DNA from: Turneriella sp.
GTDB taxonomy: Bacteria; Spirochaetota; Leptospiria; Turneriellales; Turneriellaceae
DNA: 64,000 bases
Assembly: GCA_965279515.1 (NCBI GenBank)
Contig: CBDIID010000003.1
Span: 2,752,001-2,816,000, forward strand
Direction: 5' to 3'
In this document: in pieces, positions 29,225-38,651 of the stretch
Layout: each line of letters begins with the position of its first letter
How positions within the stretch are numbered: the first letter of the stretch is position 1
Translations under genes and position numbers: made by a program
Notes under the pieces: model-generated
Databases searched by the model: none
Seen by the model: only the letters and a program-made list of their open reading frames with translations
What the model was told of the DNA's origin: nothing

Positions 29225-30130
29225 ATGACAAAAGCAGAATTTCTCGCGAGCGAAACCGGCAAACAGTATACAGCGCAGATGCGCCTGACGGGATTAAGGC
29301 CTGTCACCATCAATAACTATGCCCGGCGCGTCAGCGCGGCAGCAAGGTTTTTGCGGAAGGAGCCCTCCAGCCTCAGTTCAAAAGACGCAGAAGAGTTCAT
29401 CCAGAAGGCGGCGCTCGAGGGTAACTCGAACATTAACAGCATTATTACATGCGTGGCGCTGAAATTTTATGTGACGCGCATACTGAAGAAACCCTGGCAC
29501 AGCTTTGCGTTACCGCGCGTCCATAAACACCGTAAGCGGCGCGCACGGCCGTTGACGCGCGACGAAATTCTCGCCATCATCGATCGCACGCAGGGTCGTC
29601 GGTACCGGCTGCTCTTCGCCCTGATCTATGGCAGCGGCCTGCGCGTGGGTGAAGCGTGCCGGCTGCGTCTCAGAGATCTGGATTTTCACAATCTGAAAAT
29701 TTATATCCGGGATGGAAAGGGCGGCCGTCACCGTGAAACGGTACTTTCTTCCGCGCTGGCAAAGGAACTCATGCTTTATATTTCCGAAAGGCGCCCGATC
29801 CAATGGCTTTTCCCTTCGAACCGCCAGACTTACGCGGCGGAAACCCTCTTTCCTGTGGTAATCAGAACAAAGCCTATCTCTGTGCGTTCGGCCCAGCGTG
29901 AGTTTGAAATTGCCTCCAACCAACTGAATCTTTCAGGGCTGGTCACCATCCACTCGCTGAGGCACTCTTTCGCCACCCATCTCGTGGAATATAATATGCC
30001 GCTGTTTTCTGTGCAGCGTTTGCTGGGCCACCAACACCTCAACACAACGCTGGGTTATTTGTCGTCGATGGGTCGGCCCGTGGTTGAAGATTTTAGCCCG
30101 CTAGACCGCTTGCGCATCGCGCACCTGTAA
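29225..30130 (+). CDS. Tyrosine recombinase, integron-integrase-like, lacking the I2 helix
   Basis: YGSGLR, GKG, HSLRHSFATHL, LLGH..TTLGY; C-terminal SPLD. Confidence 0.85.
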   Translation: MTKAEFLASETGKQYTAQMRLTGLRPVTINNYARRVSAAARFLRKEPSSLSSKDAEEFIQKAALEGNSNINSIITCVALKFYVTRILKKPWHSFALPRVHKHRKRRARPLTRDEILAIIDRTQGRRYRLLFALIYGSGLRVGEACRLRLRDLDFHNLKIYIRDGKGGRHRETVLSSALAKELMLYISERRPIQWLFPSNRQTYAAETLFPVVIRTKPISVRSAQREFEIASNQLNLSGLVTIHSLRHSFATHLVEYNMPLFSVQRLLGHQHLNTTLGYLSSMGRPVVEDFSPLDRLRIAHL

Positions 30131-30880
30131 CAGCTGCGCGGCAATACTGACCGCAATTTCGGCGGGCTCGCTCTTCCCCAGCTTCAGGCCAATCGGGCAA
30201 TGGAAGTCTTCGGCACGGGTGGGATGTATCCCCGCGGCAATCAGATCGGCGATAAGTACGGCCCTTTTACTCTTGCTGCCAATCACTCCCACATAAGGGA
30301 AGGATCTGTCGCGTTGCAGGCAGGCCATCAGAACGGGAAAATCCGTGGCATGGCCCTGCGTCATCATCAGCACGAATGTCTCATCAGACAGGCTATGGAT
30401 TTCCATAGCCGGGTTTTCGCGCAGGCGCTTTATCAGCTTCGGGCTATTGGGCAGTGCCTGCAACCATTCGTCGCGAGCATCGACACAAATCACCCGGCAA
30501 TTCAGGGTAAGCAGCGAAACCACCAGCGCCTGCGCTACATGCCCTGCACCAAAGACGGCAATCTGCCAATCCGAAACAGCGTAGGTTTCAAAGTAGAGTT
30601 TTACGCGCCCACCGCAGGTCATACCGACGTCACGTTCTAAATGCCAGTCGAAATGCGTGTTCGCCTGTTTCCGACGAAGTAAATCCGCCGCTGTCGCCAG
30701 CGCCTTCGCCTCGACTTTGCCGCCACCCACCGTGCCATAGATAAGACCCTGTTCATCGCAGAGCATTTTTGCACCGGATTCCTGGGGCGCAGAACCGAGC
30801 GCCTCGGTCAGAATGACCATGGCGAATGGGCGACCCGAATCAAGCAATTCGCGGTGTTTTTCCCAGAACAAGGATTTCAC
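30101..30880 (-). CDS. xdhC: Xanthine dehydrogenase accessory protein
   Basis: GSAPQ, GTVGGGKVE, GMTCGG, FGAGHV, GVIGS, CPIG. Confidence 0.92.
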   Translation of the reverse strand: MKSLFWEKHRELLDSGRPFAMVILTEALGSAPQESGAKMLCDEQGLIYGTVGGGKVEAKALATAADLLRRKQANTHFDWHLERDVGMTCGGRVKLYFETYAVSDWQIAVFGAGHVAQALVVSLLTLNCRVICVDARDEWLQALPNSPKLIKRLRENPAMEIHSLSDETFVLMMTQGHATDFPVLMACLQRDRSFPYVGVIGSKSKRAVLIADLIAAGIHPTRAEDFHCPIGLKLGKSEPAEIAVSIAAQLLQVRDAQAV

Positions 30881-30907
30881 TAAGGGGATATCTGCGATAC
30901 CCCCTTA
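30881..30907 (-). promoter_or_regulatory. 12-bp hairpin spanning the xdhB stop codon to the xdhC start codon
   Basis: mRNA TAAGGGGGTATC-GCA-GATATCCCCTTA then GTG; 11 WC pairs and 1 GU. Confidence 0.55.
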
Positions 30908-33271
30908 AACCCCCGCAATAAGCATTAAGATTTCTTCGTTTGTGGCAGGTAGGTTGATGTGTGCTGGTTTACCAGTCATATATGATAAGGCATTCTTCAC
31001 CGCGCAGAAAACTGCCAGGCCGAGCATCAGCGGTGGCTCGGCGACAGCCTTCGACGAACGGATGTTGAAGTCGTGCAAGGTATTCTCGAAAAATTCCAGC
31101 CGGAAATCGTCGGGGATATCCTGAATGTTCGGGATCTTATACGTCGTCGGCGAATGCGAGAGCAAGGCGCCTTTCTCATTGTATTTCAGCTCTTCTGCCG
31201 TCACCCAACCGATGCCTTGCACCAGGCCACCGATTAGCTGCCCACGATCGATGCCAGGGTTGATCGCCTTGCCAATATCCATAAGCACATCAAGGCGGTC
31301 GATCGTGAGCGCTCCGGTAAAACGGTCGATCGAAATCTCGGCCACGCAGGCACCGTTGGTAAAATAATAGAACGGGCTGCCCTTGCCCGTTGCATAATCG
31401 AAGTCGATGCCCGGCGTGGCATAGAAGCCACGCTCACCCATCGAAATGCGTTCACGCCACGCCTTTTGTGTAAGTTCGGCGAAGGTGATACTTTGTCCCC
31501 CCTCCGCCTTACCGGGCACCTCCCCCCGCCTGCGGGGGGAGGACGGGAGGGGGGACACGCCCACTATTCCATCACAAAACTCGATTTTATCAGGAGTAGT
31601 CGAAAACAGCTTCGCCGCAAATTCGGTAAGCCGCCCGCGGATCTTTTGGCAAGCCACAGCCGCCGCATTGCCGTTGAGGTCTGTACCCGCGGAAGCAGCC
31701 GTCGGCGCCGTGTTATTCGACTTCTCGCTCGATGTTGCCATCACACGCACATCTTCATAACGCACACCTAACTCGTCGGCGACGATCTGCTGCACCTTCG
31801 TGTAGAGGCCCTGCCCCATTTCCGTGCCACCGGTTGAAACCTGCACGGTGCCGTCGGTGTAGACGTTGACCAGGGCATTACCCTGGTTCAGAAATTTCGT
31901 GGTGAATGAAATGCCGAATTTGACACCGGTAAGGGCGAGACCTTTGATTTGCTCCCTTCCCCCAGACTTGGGGGAAGGGCCGGGGTTAGGGGCGAGGGCG
32001 GCAAAATTATGGTTATCAATTTCTTTACGTCTTTCGGCATAATTCGAACTTGCATAAAGCTGATCAAACAACTCGGGCAAGACATTATTTTTTACGTGCT
32101 GCCCGTAGTAGGTTACGGCATTCTGTCCCTGATAAAGATTTCGTTTGCGTACTCCGAGCGCATCGATCCCTAGCTCGACGGCGATATCTTCCAGAATATT
32201 CTCGATAGCCGCTACCCCCTGCGGTCCGCCAAAGCCACGGAACGCAGTGTTGGATGGATAATTCGTACGGCAGATGGTTCCCGTGGCGCGCAGGTTGGGA
32301 ATGTCATAGCAGTTATCGGTATGGAAAAGAGTGCGTGAGATAATCGAAGTCGAAAGGTCTGCCGTGCAACCGCCGTCGGAAAAATAATCGATCGCAAGTG
32401 CAGTAACCCGGCCCTCTGCGGTAAATCCCACTTCGTAAAAAGATTTCACCGGGTGGCGTTTGCCCGTCACCATCATGTCGGTGTCTTTGTCGAACTGGCA
32501 GCGCGCCGGCCGGCGTGTCTTCGCTGCCACAATACCCGCCATCAGCGCGGGCATCACCGCTTGCGTCTCTTTTCCCCCGAAGCCGCCGCCCATGCGCTTG
32601 CAGATACAGATGACATCGCTGTGCTTGAGGCCCAGAACTTCGGCGACTACCTTCTGTACTTCGGTGGTATTCTGCGTCGAGGAATGCACGACAAGTTCGC
32701 GGCCCTCGCCCGGCACAGCATACGCGGCCTGCGACTCAAGATAAAACTGTTCCTGGCCACCGGTAAAGAATTCACCTTTCAAGCTGCGTTCTGCCGTTTT
32801 CAGCGCGGCTTCAACATCACCCTGTTCCATCTTGATGGTCTTGTCTATGAAGAGTTTTTTTTCGCGCGCCTCGTCGATCGAGAGCACGGCGGGCAACTCC
32901 TTCAGCTCAAGCTTCACGGCTTTTTTGGCGAGATTTACCAGGTCGCGCGTCGGCGCCGCTACAACAACAATGGGCTCACCCAAATAATGCGCGTGTTTTT
33001 CCGCTAAGAAAACTTCATCTTTGATAATCGGGCCAAAGAGGTTGATGCCTTCGATATCCTTATGAGTGAATACAAACGCTCCGGGAATTTCACTGACCCC
33101 GCTGGTATCGACCCTGAGGATTTCACTATGCGCAAATCTACTGCCCACGAAGTCGACGATGAGCTCGCCGGGTAACTGCGGCATATCATCGATATACGGC
33201 GCCGCGCCCTGCACATGGCCAATAGCCGATTCGTGCGGGTGTGAAACTCCGACTGCGCCCGTCGCCGTCAT
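30905..33271 (-). CDS. xdhB: Xanthine dehydrogenase molybdopterin-binding subunit
   Basis: GQEQFYLE, RMGGGFGGKETQ, AFRGFGGPQG, KFGISF, EMGQG, SKAVAEPP. Confidence 0.96.
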   Translation of the reverse strand: MTATGAVGVSHPHESAIGHVQGAAPYIDDMPQLPGELIVDFVGSRFAHSEILRVDTSGVSEIPGAFVFTHKDIEGINLFGPIIKDEVFLAEKHAHYLGEPIVVVAAPTRDLVNLAKKAVKLELKELPAVLSIDEAREKKLFIDKTIKMEQGDVEAALKTAERSLKGEFFTGGQEQFYLESQAAYAVPGEGRELVVHSSTQNTTEVQKVVAEVLGLKHSDVICICKRMGGGFGGKETQAVMPALMAGIVAAKTRRPARCQFDKDTDMMVTGKRHPVKSFYEVGFTAEGRVTALAIDYFSDGGCTADLSTSIISRTLFHTDNCYDIPNLRATGTICRTNYPSNTAFRGFGGPQGVAAIENILEDIAVELGIDALGVRKRNLYQGQNAVTYYGQHVKNNVLPELFDQLYASSNYAERRKEIDNHNFAALAPNPGPSPKSGGREQIKGLALTGVKFGISFTTKFLNQGNALVNVYTDGTVQVSTGGTEMGQGLYTKVQQIVADELGVRYEDVRVMATSSEKSNNTAPTAASAGTDLNGNAAAVACQKIRGRLTEFAAKLFSTTPDKIEFCDGIVGVSPLPSSPRRRGEVPGKAEGGQSITFAELTQKAWRERISMGERGFYATPGIDFDYATGKGSPFYYFTNGACVAEISIDRFTGALTIDRLDVLMDIGKAINPGIDRGQLIGGLVQGIGWVTAEELKYNEKGALLSHSPTTYKIPNIQDIPDDFRLEFFENTLHDFNIRSSKAVAEPPLMLGLAVFCAVKNALSYMTGKPAHINLPATNEEILMLIAGV
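31494..31557. repeat. Y-shaped GC-rich palindrome in frame within xdhB
   Basis: Outer stem TGTCCCCCCTCC/GGAGGGGGGACA; inner hairpins GCC..GGC and CCTCCCCCCGC/GCGGGGGGAGG. Confidence 0.85.
31951..31993. repeat. REP-like palindrome in frame within xdhB
   Basis: CCCTTCCCCCA-GACT-TGGGGGAAGGG plus tail CCGGGGTTAGGGGC. Confidence 0.78.
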
Positions 33272-33663
33272 GTGATTCTCCCGACTGCCTTCAGATAGGC
33301 AATCGTGGTTCCGAAAATAAGACCAGCCACAGCGGTTAAAGGTGCAATTCTCAGCAGGCGGGGAAACCGCGTCGCCGCGCCGCGATAAACACGAACCGAT
33401 AAGAACAGAATCAACCCCAAACCACAGATGCAGAAAATCCCGAGACCCAGTGTGACATAGTCTCCCGGAAGTTGTGGCTGAAGCAGTCCGGTAAGGCGGC
33501 GGTACGCTGTGACCGCGACACCGCCGAGGATTATACCCAGGGTGGGTGGCAAAAAGATCAAAACCGTCATCAGCCTGGGTTCCAGAAGATCCATCACCCG
33601 CCGCCGGCGCTCCGCCTTTTGTTCGGCGCGCTTTATCGTTTCATTGCCTGCGCCGATTTCCAT
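33268..33663 (-). CDS. 3-TM membrane protein between xdhA and xdhB
   Basis: 131 aa; starts 2 nt after the xdhA stop; ATGA overlap with xdhB. Confidence 0.7.
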   Translation of the reverse strand: MEIGAGNETIKRAEQKAERRRRVMDLLEPRLMTVLIFLPPTLGIILGGVAVTAYRRLTGLLQPQLPGDYVTLGLGIFCICGLGLILFLSVRVYRGAATRFPRLLRIAPLTAVAGLIFGTTIAYLKAVGRIT

Positions 33664-33665
33664 AC

Positions 33666-35117
33666 TTAGCCCGCCTTAACACTCGCCGCATTTACGGTTT
33701 CAAAATGAAATTTCCGGAACAGGTTACGGATCAGAATCTTTCGGAAATCCGCCGAACCCCGCACATCGCTCTGCGGTTGCACTTCTGACATCGCAGATTC
33801 ACCGGCTTTGCGAAACCCTTCTTCTGAAAGTTCAGTACCCATCAAGAGCTTCTCCGTATTGCTGAGGCGCAGAATGGTCGCCGCAACGCCACCCGCAGCC
33901 AGTTGCGCACCGGCAATTTTAGATCCGGCCATTTGCAGGTGGATGGCCAACGTCACGGTTGAAATATCGAGATCACGGCGCTTCGATACTTTGTAGAGCT
34001 TGAACAAACTGCCCGGCTTGGGTAACGGTACGATAACTTTCGTCAAAAGTTCATCGGGCTTCAGGTCGAATTTTCTATAACCCGTGTAAAAACTATGGAT
34101 GTCAATTTCACGCGAGCCCGTAGCCGAGGTGACGACCAGGCGCGCACCCAATGCATAAAGGCACGGCAACGAATCGGCGATCGGCGAAGCGTTGATGATA
34201 TTGCCGCCAATGGTAGCGGCGTTTCTGATCTGCTCTGCGGCAAAAATCTTGAGGATGCCATGCAGTTCAGGCAATTCGGTTTTTGTGACAGCCAGCACGT
34301 CAGACCAGTTCGCCGCCGCGCCGATTTCGAGCGCATCACCTTTTTTTTGTATCGCGGCGATTTCATGCAGGTGCGCGATAAACAGCGCCTGCGTAATCAC
34401 CGACCGTCCTTTGTTATGCTGCACGCCGAGGTCAGTGGCGCCCGCTACGATTTTTAATTGCGGCATCGCGGCGCGTAGCTTCAGCGCTTCAGCCAGATTC
34501 GCGGGTTTAAAGAAGGTTTGTCCCGAAGTCGTTCCGATCTTCAGGGATTGGCCGGTGGTTTTCGCAAACTCGGTTTCCATCGTTTTGCGGTCAAAACGTT
34601 CGCTGATTTTGACCTGCTGCGCCGAATTCAGCGCCAAACCGGCTTTGACGATTGCCTCATAACCGGTGCAACGGCAGAGATTCCCAGCGAGTTTGTCTTT
34701 GATGGTAACAGTGGTATGCGACTTTTCTTTTTCAGCCATGTCGGCGAGCGCCATAACAAAGCCAGGCGTACAGAAGCCACATTGCGAACCGAAACACTCG
34801 ACCATCGCCTGTTGCGCGGGGTGCAGCGTACCGTTTTCTGCAAGGGCTTCGACGGTGATGACATGACACGAATCGAGCTGGAATAAAAACTGGATGCAGG
34901 AATCGACAATGCGGTATTCGAGTTTGCCGACGGGGTTCATCCAACCGAGAATGATCGTGCAGGCGCCGCAGTCACCTTCACTGCAAACAATCTTGGTGCC
35001 CGTCATGGCTCTTTTTACCCTGAGCCAGGTCGAGAGCGTCAGAAATGTATCTTCGCCCGAAATCTCAACACGTTCATGGTTCAGATAGAAGACAATCTTT
35101 TCGCGGGTAACAGCCAT
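33666..35117 (-). CDS. xdhA: Xanthine dehydrogenase small subunit (2x[2Fe-2S], FAD)
   Basis: GTKIVCSEGDCGACT, QCGFCTPG, GNLCRCTGY, AGATD, IRNAATIGGN, KVSKRRDLDIS. Confidence 0.96.
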   Translation of the reverse strand: MAVTREKIVFYLNHERVEISGEDTFLTLSTWLRVKRAMTGTKIVCSEGDCGACTIILGWMNPVGKLEYRIVDSCIQFLFQLDSCHVITVEALAENGTLHPAQQAMVECFGSQCGFCTPGFVMALADMAEKEKSHTTVTIKDKLAGNLCRCTGYEAIVKAGLALNSAQQVKISERFDRKTMETEFAKTTGQSLKIGTTSGQTFFKPANLAEALKLRAAMPQLKIVAGATDLGVQHNKGRSVITQALFIAHLHEIAAIQKKGDALEIGAAANWSDVLAVTKTELPELHGILKIFAAEQIRNAATIGGNIINASPIADSLPCLYALGARLVVTSATGSREIDIHSFYTGYRKFDLKPDELLTKVIVPLPKPGSLFKLYKVSKRRDLDISTVTLAIHLQMAGSKIAGAQLAAGGVAATILRLSNTEKLLMGTELSEEGFRKAGESAMSEVQPQSDVRGSADFRKILIRNLFRKFHFETVNAASVKAG

Positions 35118-35234
35118 GGCAATACAGGTTCGCTTAAGTCAGCATCTTTTGTGCCAAGCGGATGGCAGTAAAGCAGAAAAGCTTTGGGAGAAAAAAGTAC
35201 TCTTGCTTTCGGCGGATTATGCCGATCGACAAGC

Positions 35235-35927
35235 ATGATGTCCCGATTCACCGCCTTCGCCCTCGTTTTCGCTGGCCTCTTTGCCCTCGCTGCAGGTATC
35301 ACCGCGATCGATAGCGCGTATAAAAACGCCCCTGATACCGAGGTAAACCTCGAAGACCAGGCGCTCGATTCTCAGATTAAAGAAGAGATCGTAAAAATTG
35401 AAAAACTGCATACGCTGCGTAACCTGAAATCCATCCACATGGCCCCCCAGCAAACTAAAGTACGCATGAGCAGCAACGGCGAATGCCTCGAAGTCGATGC
35501 GCACGCAGAAAACCATGAAATGGTCCGTATCAAATCTGCACCGATTGACTACAAAGTGCAGAATATTCAGATCTGCTTCACGGGCGATAAAGTGTCACGC
35601 ATCGAATCGGCTTTCACGACCATTTCACTGCGCAAGCAAGAAACCGCAAATAATAGTTTTGTCCATAAAGACCCGGCCAAGGTGGGGGCCAATGATATTG
35701 TACTCACGACGGCAATGAACCAGCGACCGAAGCCGCCGCTACGGGTCGGCGACCTCGAAAACACCAAGGTTAATCCGTTGCGCTTGTCGTTCAAGCGCGA
35801 TTATTATTTACCACACCTGCGCAACACAACCTACATTTTACAGCTCACGTACGATTGGCATAAGCGCGAAGCGGTGAAAACAAACGAAAAAACCGTAAAC
35901 ACCTATATCAACGCGACTACTCCGTAG
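35235..35927 (+). CDS. Exported hypothetical protein
   Basis: Signal/TM segment followed by a soluble domain. Confidence 0.7.
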   Translation: MMSRFTAFALVFAGLFALAAGITAIDSAYKNAPDTEVNLEDQALDSQIKEEIVKIEKLHTLRNLKSIHMAPQQTKVRMSSNGECLEVDAHAENHEMVRIKSAPIDYKVQNIQICFTGDKVSRIESAFTTISLRKQETANNSFVHKDPAKVGANDIVLTTAMNQRPKPPLRVGDLENTKVNPLRLSFKRDYYLPHLRNTTYILQLTYDWHKREAVKTNEKTVNTYINATTP

Positions 35928-36582
35928 CGCCGGCCTTTTTTAGAATTTTACGGATTTCGTCCGTGTCCTTGCTGGGCGTGCCATAACCCTGGCCGATAAT
36001 GCCCAGCGGGGATTGCCCCTGTTTATTGCGGGTCGTTGCCTGCGCGCCGGCCTTCACCAGCAATTTCACGACGATAAGATCGTCGCGCCGCACCGCATGG
36101 TGCAGCGCGGTTAAACCTTCACTATCCGCCTTATTCACATCAGCGCCGGATTTCAAAAGTAATGCGACAACCTTCGCGACGGCAGCCTTGCGTTTTTCCA
36201 GGGCTTTTGGCCCATCCTTTTTCATTTCTTCTTTGAGACCGGGAGCAGTCCTGCCGCCGCCTGACTTGCGTATATGATGCATATCGAGGCCGCAGACCAT
36301 GAGCGCTGTTTTACCCTCGGCGTCCGTTGTATTAACATCGGCGCCCTTTTTCACCAACGCGGCAACCGCTTCCGGGAAATTACGCTCCGCCGCGTACATC
36401 AACGGTGTGCCGGCATCGGCAGAGCGCTGGTTGAGTTGTGCCGCGTTCGCGGACAGGGCTTCGTTAACCTCTTTGATATCGCCCGAAGCAATGGCGGCCA
36501 TCAGTTTTTGGTTGGGTTCTTCGCCATGTAGCGCCGTCAGCGCCAAGGCGACGAACAAGGTTGGATAAAAAATATTCCGCAT
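35917..36582 (-). CDS. Exported ankyrin-repeat protein
   Basis: GTPLMYAA, GKTALM, GLTALHHA, GADVN repeats; signal peptide. Confidence 0.9.
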   Translation of the reverse strand: MRNIFYPTLFVALALTALHGEEPNQKLMAAIASGDIKEVNEALSANAAQLNQRSADAGTPLMYAAERNFPEAVAALVKKGADVNTTDAEGKTALMVCGLDMHHIRKSGGGRTAPGLKEEMKKDGPKALEKRKAAVAKVVALLLKSGADVNKADSEGLTALHHAVRRDDLIVVKLLVKAGAQATTRNKQGQSPLGIIGQGYGTPSKDTDEIRKILKKAGATE

Positions 36583-36624
36583 AGCGGCCAGCACCGCTCT
36601 CAAACTTCCGCCGGGAATTCTTTT

Positions 36625-37914
36625 TTAAGCTTTGGGGCTGAAAACCCGGACGGGTTTCTCGCGTCCCTTGACGGGAACCTCGCCTTTTTCGACAAACTGA
36701 AAAGATTCCCCCGCAGCAACGCGCACTTCTTCAGAAACGAGAATCTCGCTCGCAAACTGCTTGTTGAGCTGCTCGATGCGCGAAGCCACATTGATGACAT
36801 CGCCAATCACGGTGTATTCCTTACGTTTGTCAGAGCCGACATTGCCCGTCAAAGCCTCGCCGCTGTGAATGCCGATACCGATACCCAGGGCTGCAACAGT
36901 GCCAGCTTCGGTGCGTTTTTTAAGCTCATCGGAAATCACCAGCGCCGTTTTCACGGCGTTGATGGCATGGCTGTTATCGTCGAGCGGCGCGCCAAACACG
37001 GCGAGAAACCCATCACCCAGGAACTTATTGATGATACCCGAATGCGCATGCACGATATCGATCATAAATTCGAGCAATTTGTTGAGCTCAGTATAAACCT
37101 CGTGCGCGCTGCGACTCTCCGAAAATGTCGTAAAACTGCGAATATCGAGAAACAGCGCGGTAATATGGCGGATCTCCGCCAGGTTCGTGTCACGCGACGT
37201 GAGCAGTTTCTGCACGACTTCCTGCGAAACATGTTCGCCGAAGAGCGCCTCAATTTCTTGTTTCTTTCGCTGTGATTCGATAACATGGAGGACGCGCTGT
37301 CTGAGCTGAGACGCGACGAAACCTGCGATCGCCGCGCCGCCCAGAATAAAGAACGCTTTCACAAAGTGGTTGGGCATCGTAAAAAGTAGCGACGGGTATG
37401 GGGGCTGGTTCGTTCCCATAATATGATAAACAAAAGCGATATAGGTAATCGCGGCGCTCAGCCCCGTCGTCAGGCAAATCCAGGGATTCAGCCGCAGCAC
37501 CGATAAGATCACGAAGAAAGCGTACGCGAAAAGCGGTGGCATAGCCAGCCCTGCTGCCAGATCACCCTGGGGCGCGAAGAGCCAGAGCGCAAAGCTCGGT
37601 ACCGTGCCTTCCATCGCAGCGTTGAAAAGACGTCCCGGTAGGGGCAGCGTTTTCTTTTTACGGGCCAGGCGCGAGATCACGGCGAAGGCGAGTGCATAAA
37701 ACACAGTCACACCTCCAAAAAAAGCCGGCAAAAGAGCTACGTTGACGCGGCCACGGAAAAGTTCATTATAACGCTCCGCGGCAACCAGGTAAAAACCGAG
37801 GCTGAGCACAAACATCGAAGCAAAACTGATGACGATAATCTTAATGCGCAGGACTTCGGAAGTGGCAATTTCTTCTGAGAGTGCGTCTAAAAGTTCGGTA
37901 TTCGGGTGGGCCAT
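36625..37914 (-). CDS. Membrane-bound class III adenylate cyclase
   Basis: LFLDIRSFT, NKFLGDG, EYTVIGDVINVASR, VKGR; several TM segments. Confidence 0.92.
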   Translation of the reverse strand: MAHPNTELLDALSEEIATSEVLRIKIIVISFASMFVLSLGFYLVAAERYNELFRGRVNVALLPAFFGGVTVFYALAFAVISRLARKKKTLPLPGRLFNAAMEGTVPSFALWLFAPQGDLAAGLAMPPLFAYAFFVILSVLRLNPWICLTTGLSAAITYIAFVYHIMGTNQPPYPSLLFTMPNHFVKAFFILGGAAIAGFVASQLRQRVLHVIESQRKKQEIEALFGEHVSQEVVQKLLTSRDTNLAEIRHITALFLDIRSFTTFSESRSAHEVYTELNKLLEFMIDIVHAHSGIINKFLGDGFLAVFGAPLDDNSHAINAVKTALVISDELKKRTEAGTVAALGIGIGIHSGEALTGNVGSDKRKEYTVIGDVINVASRIEQLNKQFASEILVSEEVRVAAGESFQFVEKGEVPVKGREKPVRVFSPKA

Positions 37915-37969
37915 AACGAAGCCTCAAAACGAATCTCAACCTGTAAATTCTCTTTGCCGAACTGAATAG

Positions 37970-38650
37970 CTATTCAGGAATCCGAATACTAAAATCGTCA
38001 AACGCAAAAGAGATTGGAGTGCCTGGCGTGGCGGCAAAACCATAGACACCTGAATAGCCCGTCACATAAGTTGAATCCAGAACAGTTAATGAATCCGATA
38101 CGGCACCGGCTAACTCGCAGCTTAGCTGGTTATATTCCAGTTTAAAGGTTATTAAATATTGATTTCCTACAATAACGGTAATCGGCGATGAAGAAACGGA
38201 CAAATCCGATCGAAGACCTGCACTGTTTTTGAAAATCGTAAGCCTTTTGGGATTTGTAGTCCCGTCAATTCCGCAGAAATATCCATCAGATGGCGCAGAC
38301 TTTAACTTTGATCTCGCAACCAGCATAAGCGAATGGTTCTGCGCGGGAAGAGTGGTTAAGGCCGTAAGCCGAGTGGCATGAAACGATTTCCTTTGATCTA
38401 CTTTGCGTGAACAAGCTACAAAAGTATAGTTTCCCCCGGAAAAATTAACTACAGCATTTTGGTTTATGATTGATGCTTGAAAATAATTAACCCCCGAAAC
38501 CTGCCAATTTTCACCCAAACTTGAAGAATCGCTCCTGTTGAAATCATCATTGCAGAATTCAGGATTGGATTCCCTTTCCATGTTTAATTGCGTACAGCAC
38601 GTAAGAAGCACCAAAATAATTGACCCATAACGCAGTCGAAATCGCAGCAT
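37970..38650 (-). CDS. Lipoprotein, beta-sandwich (concanavalin-like) (module C partner 2)
   Basis: LLTCC lipobox; CNDDFNRSDSSSLGENW; ends FDDFSI. Confidence 0.72.
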   Translation of the reverse strand: MLRFRLRYGSIILVLLTCCTQLNMERESNPEFCNDDFNRSDSSSLGENWQVSGVNYFQASIINQNAVVNFSGGNYTFVACSRKVDQRKSFHATRLTALTTLPAQNHSLMLVARSKLKSAPSDGYFCGIDGTTNPKRLTIFKNSAGLRSDLSVSSSPITVIVGNQYLITFKLEYNQLSCELAGAVSDSLTVLDSTYVTGYSGVYGFAATPGTPISFAFDDFSIRIPE

Positions 38651-38651
38651 A

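Noticed and set aside
29225..30130. Prophage/ICE integrase or XerC/XerD
   Set aside because: No phage or conjugation genes and no att repeats nearby; motifs look closer to IntI-like enzymes than Xer, though this was not tested by HMM
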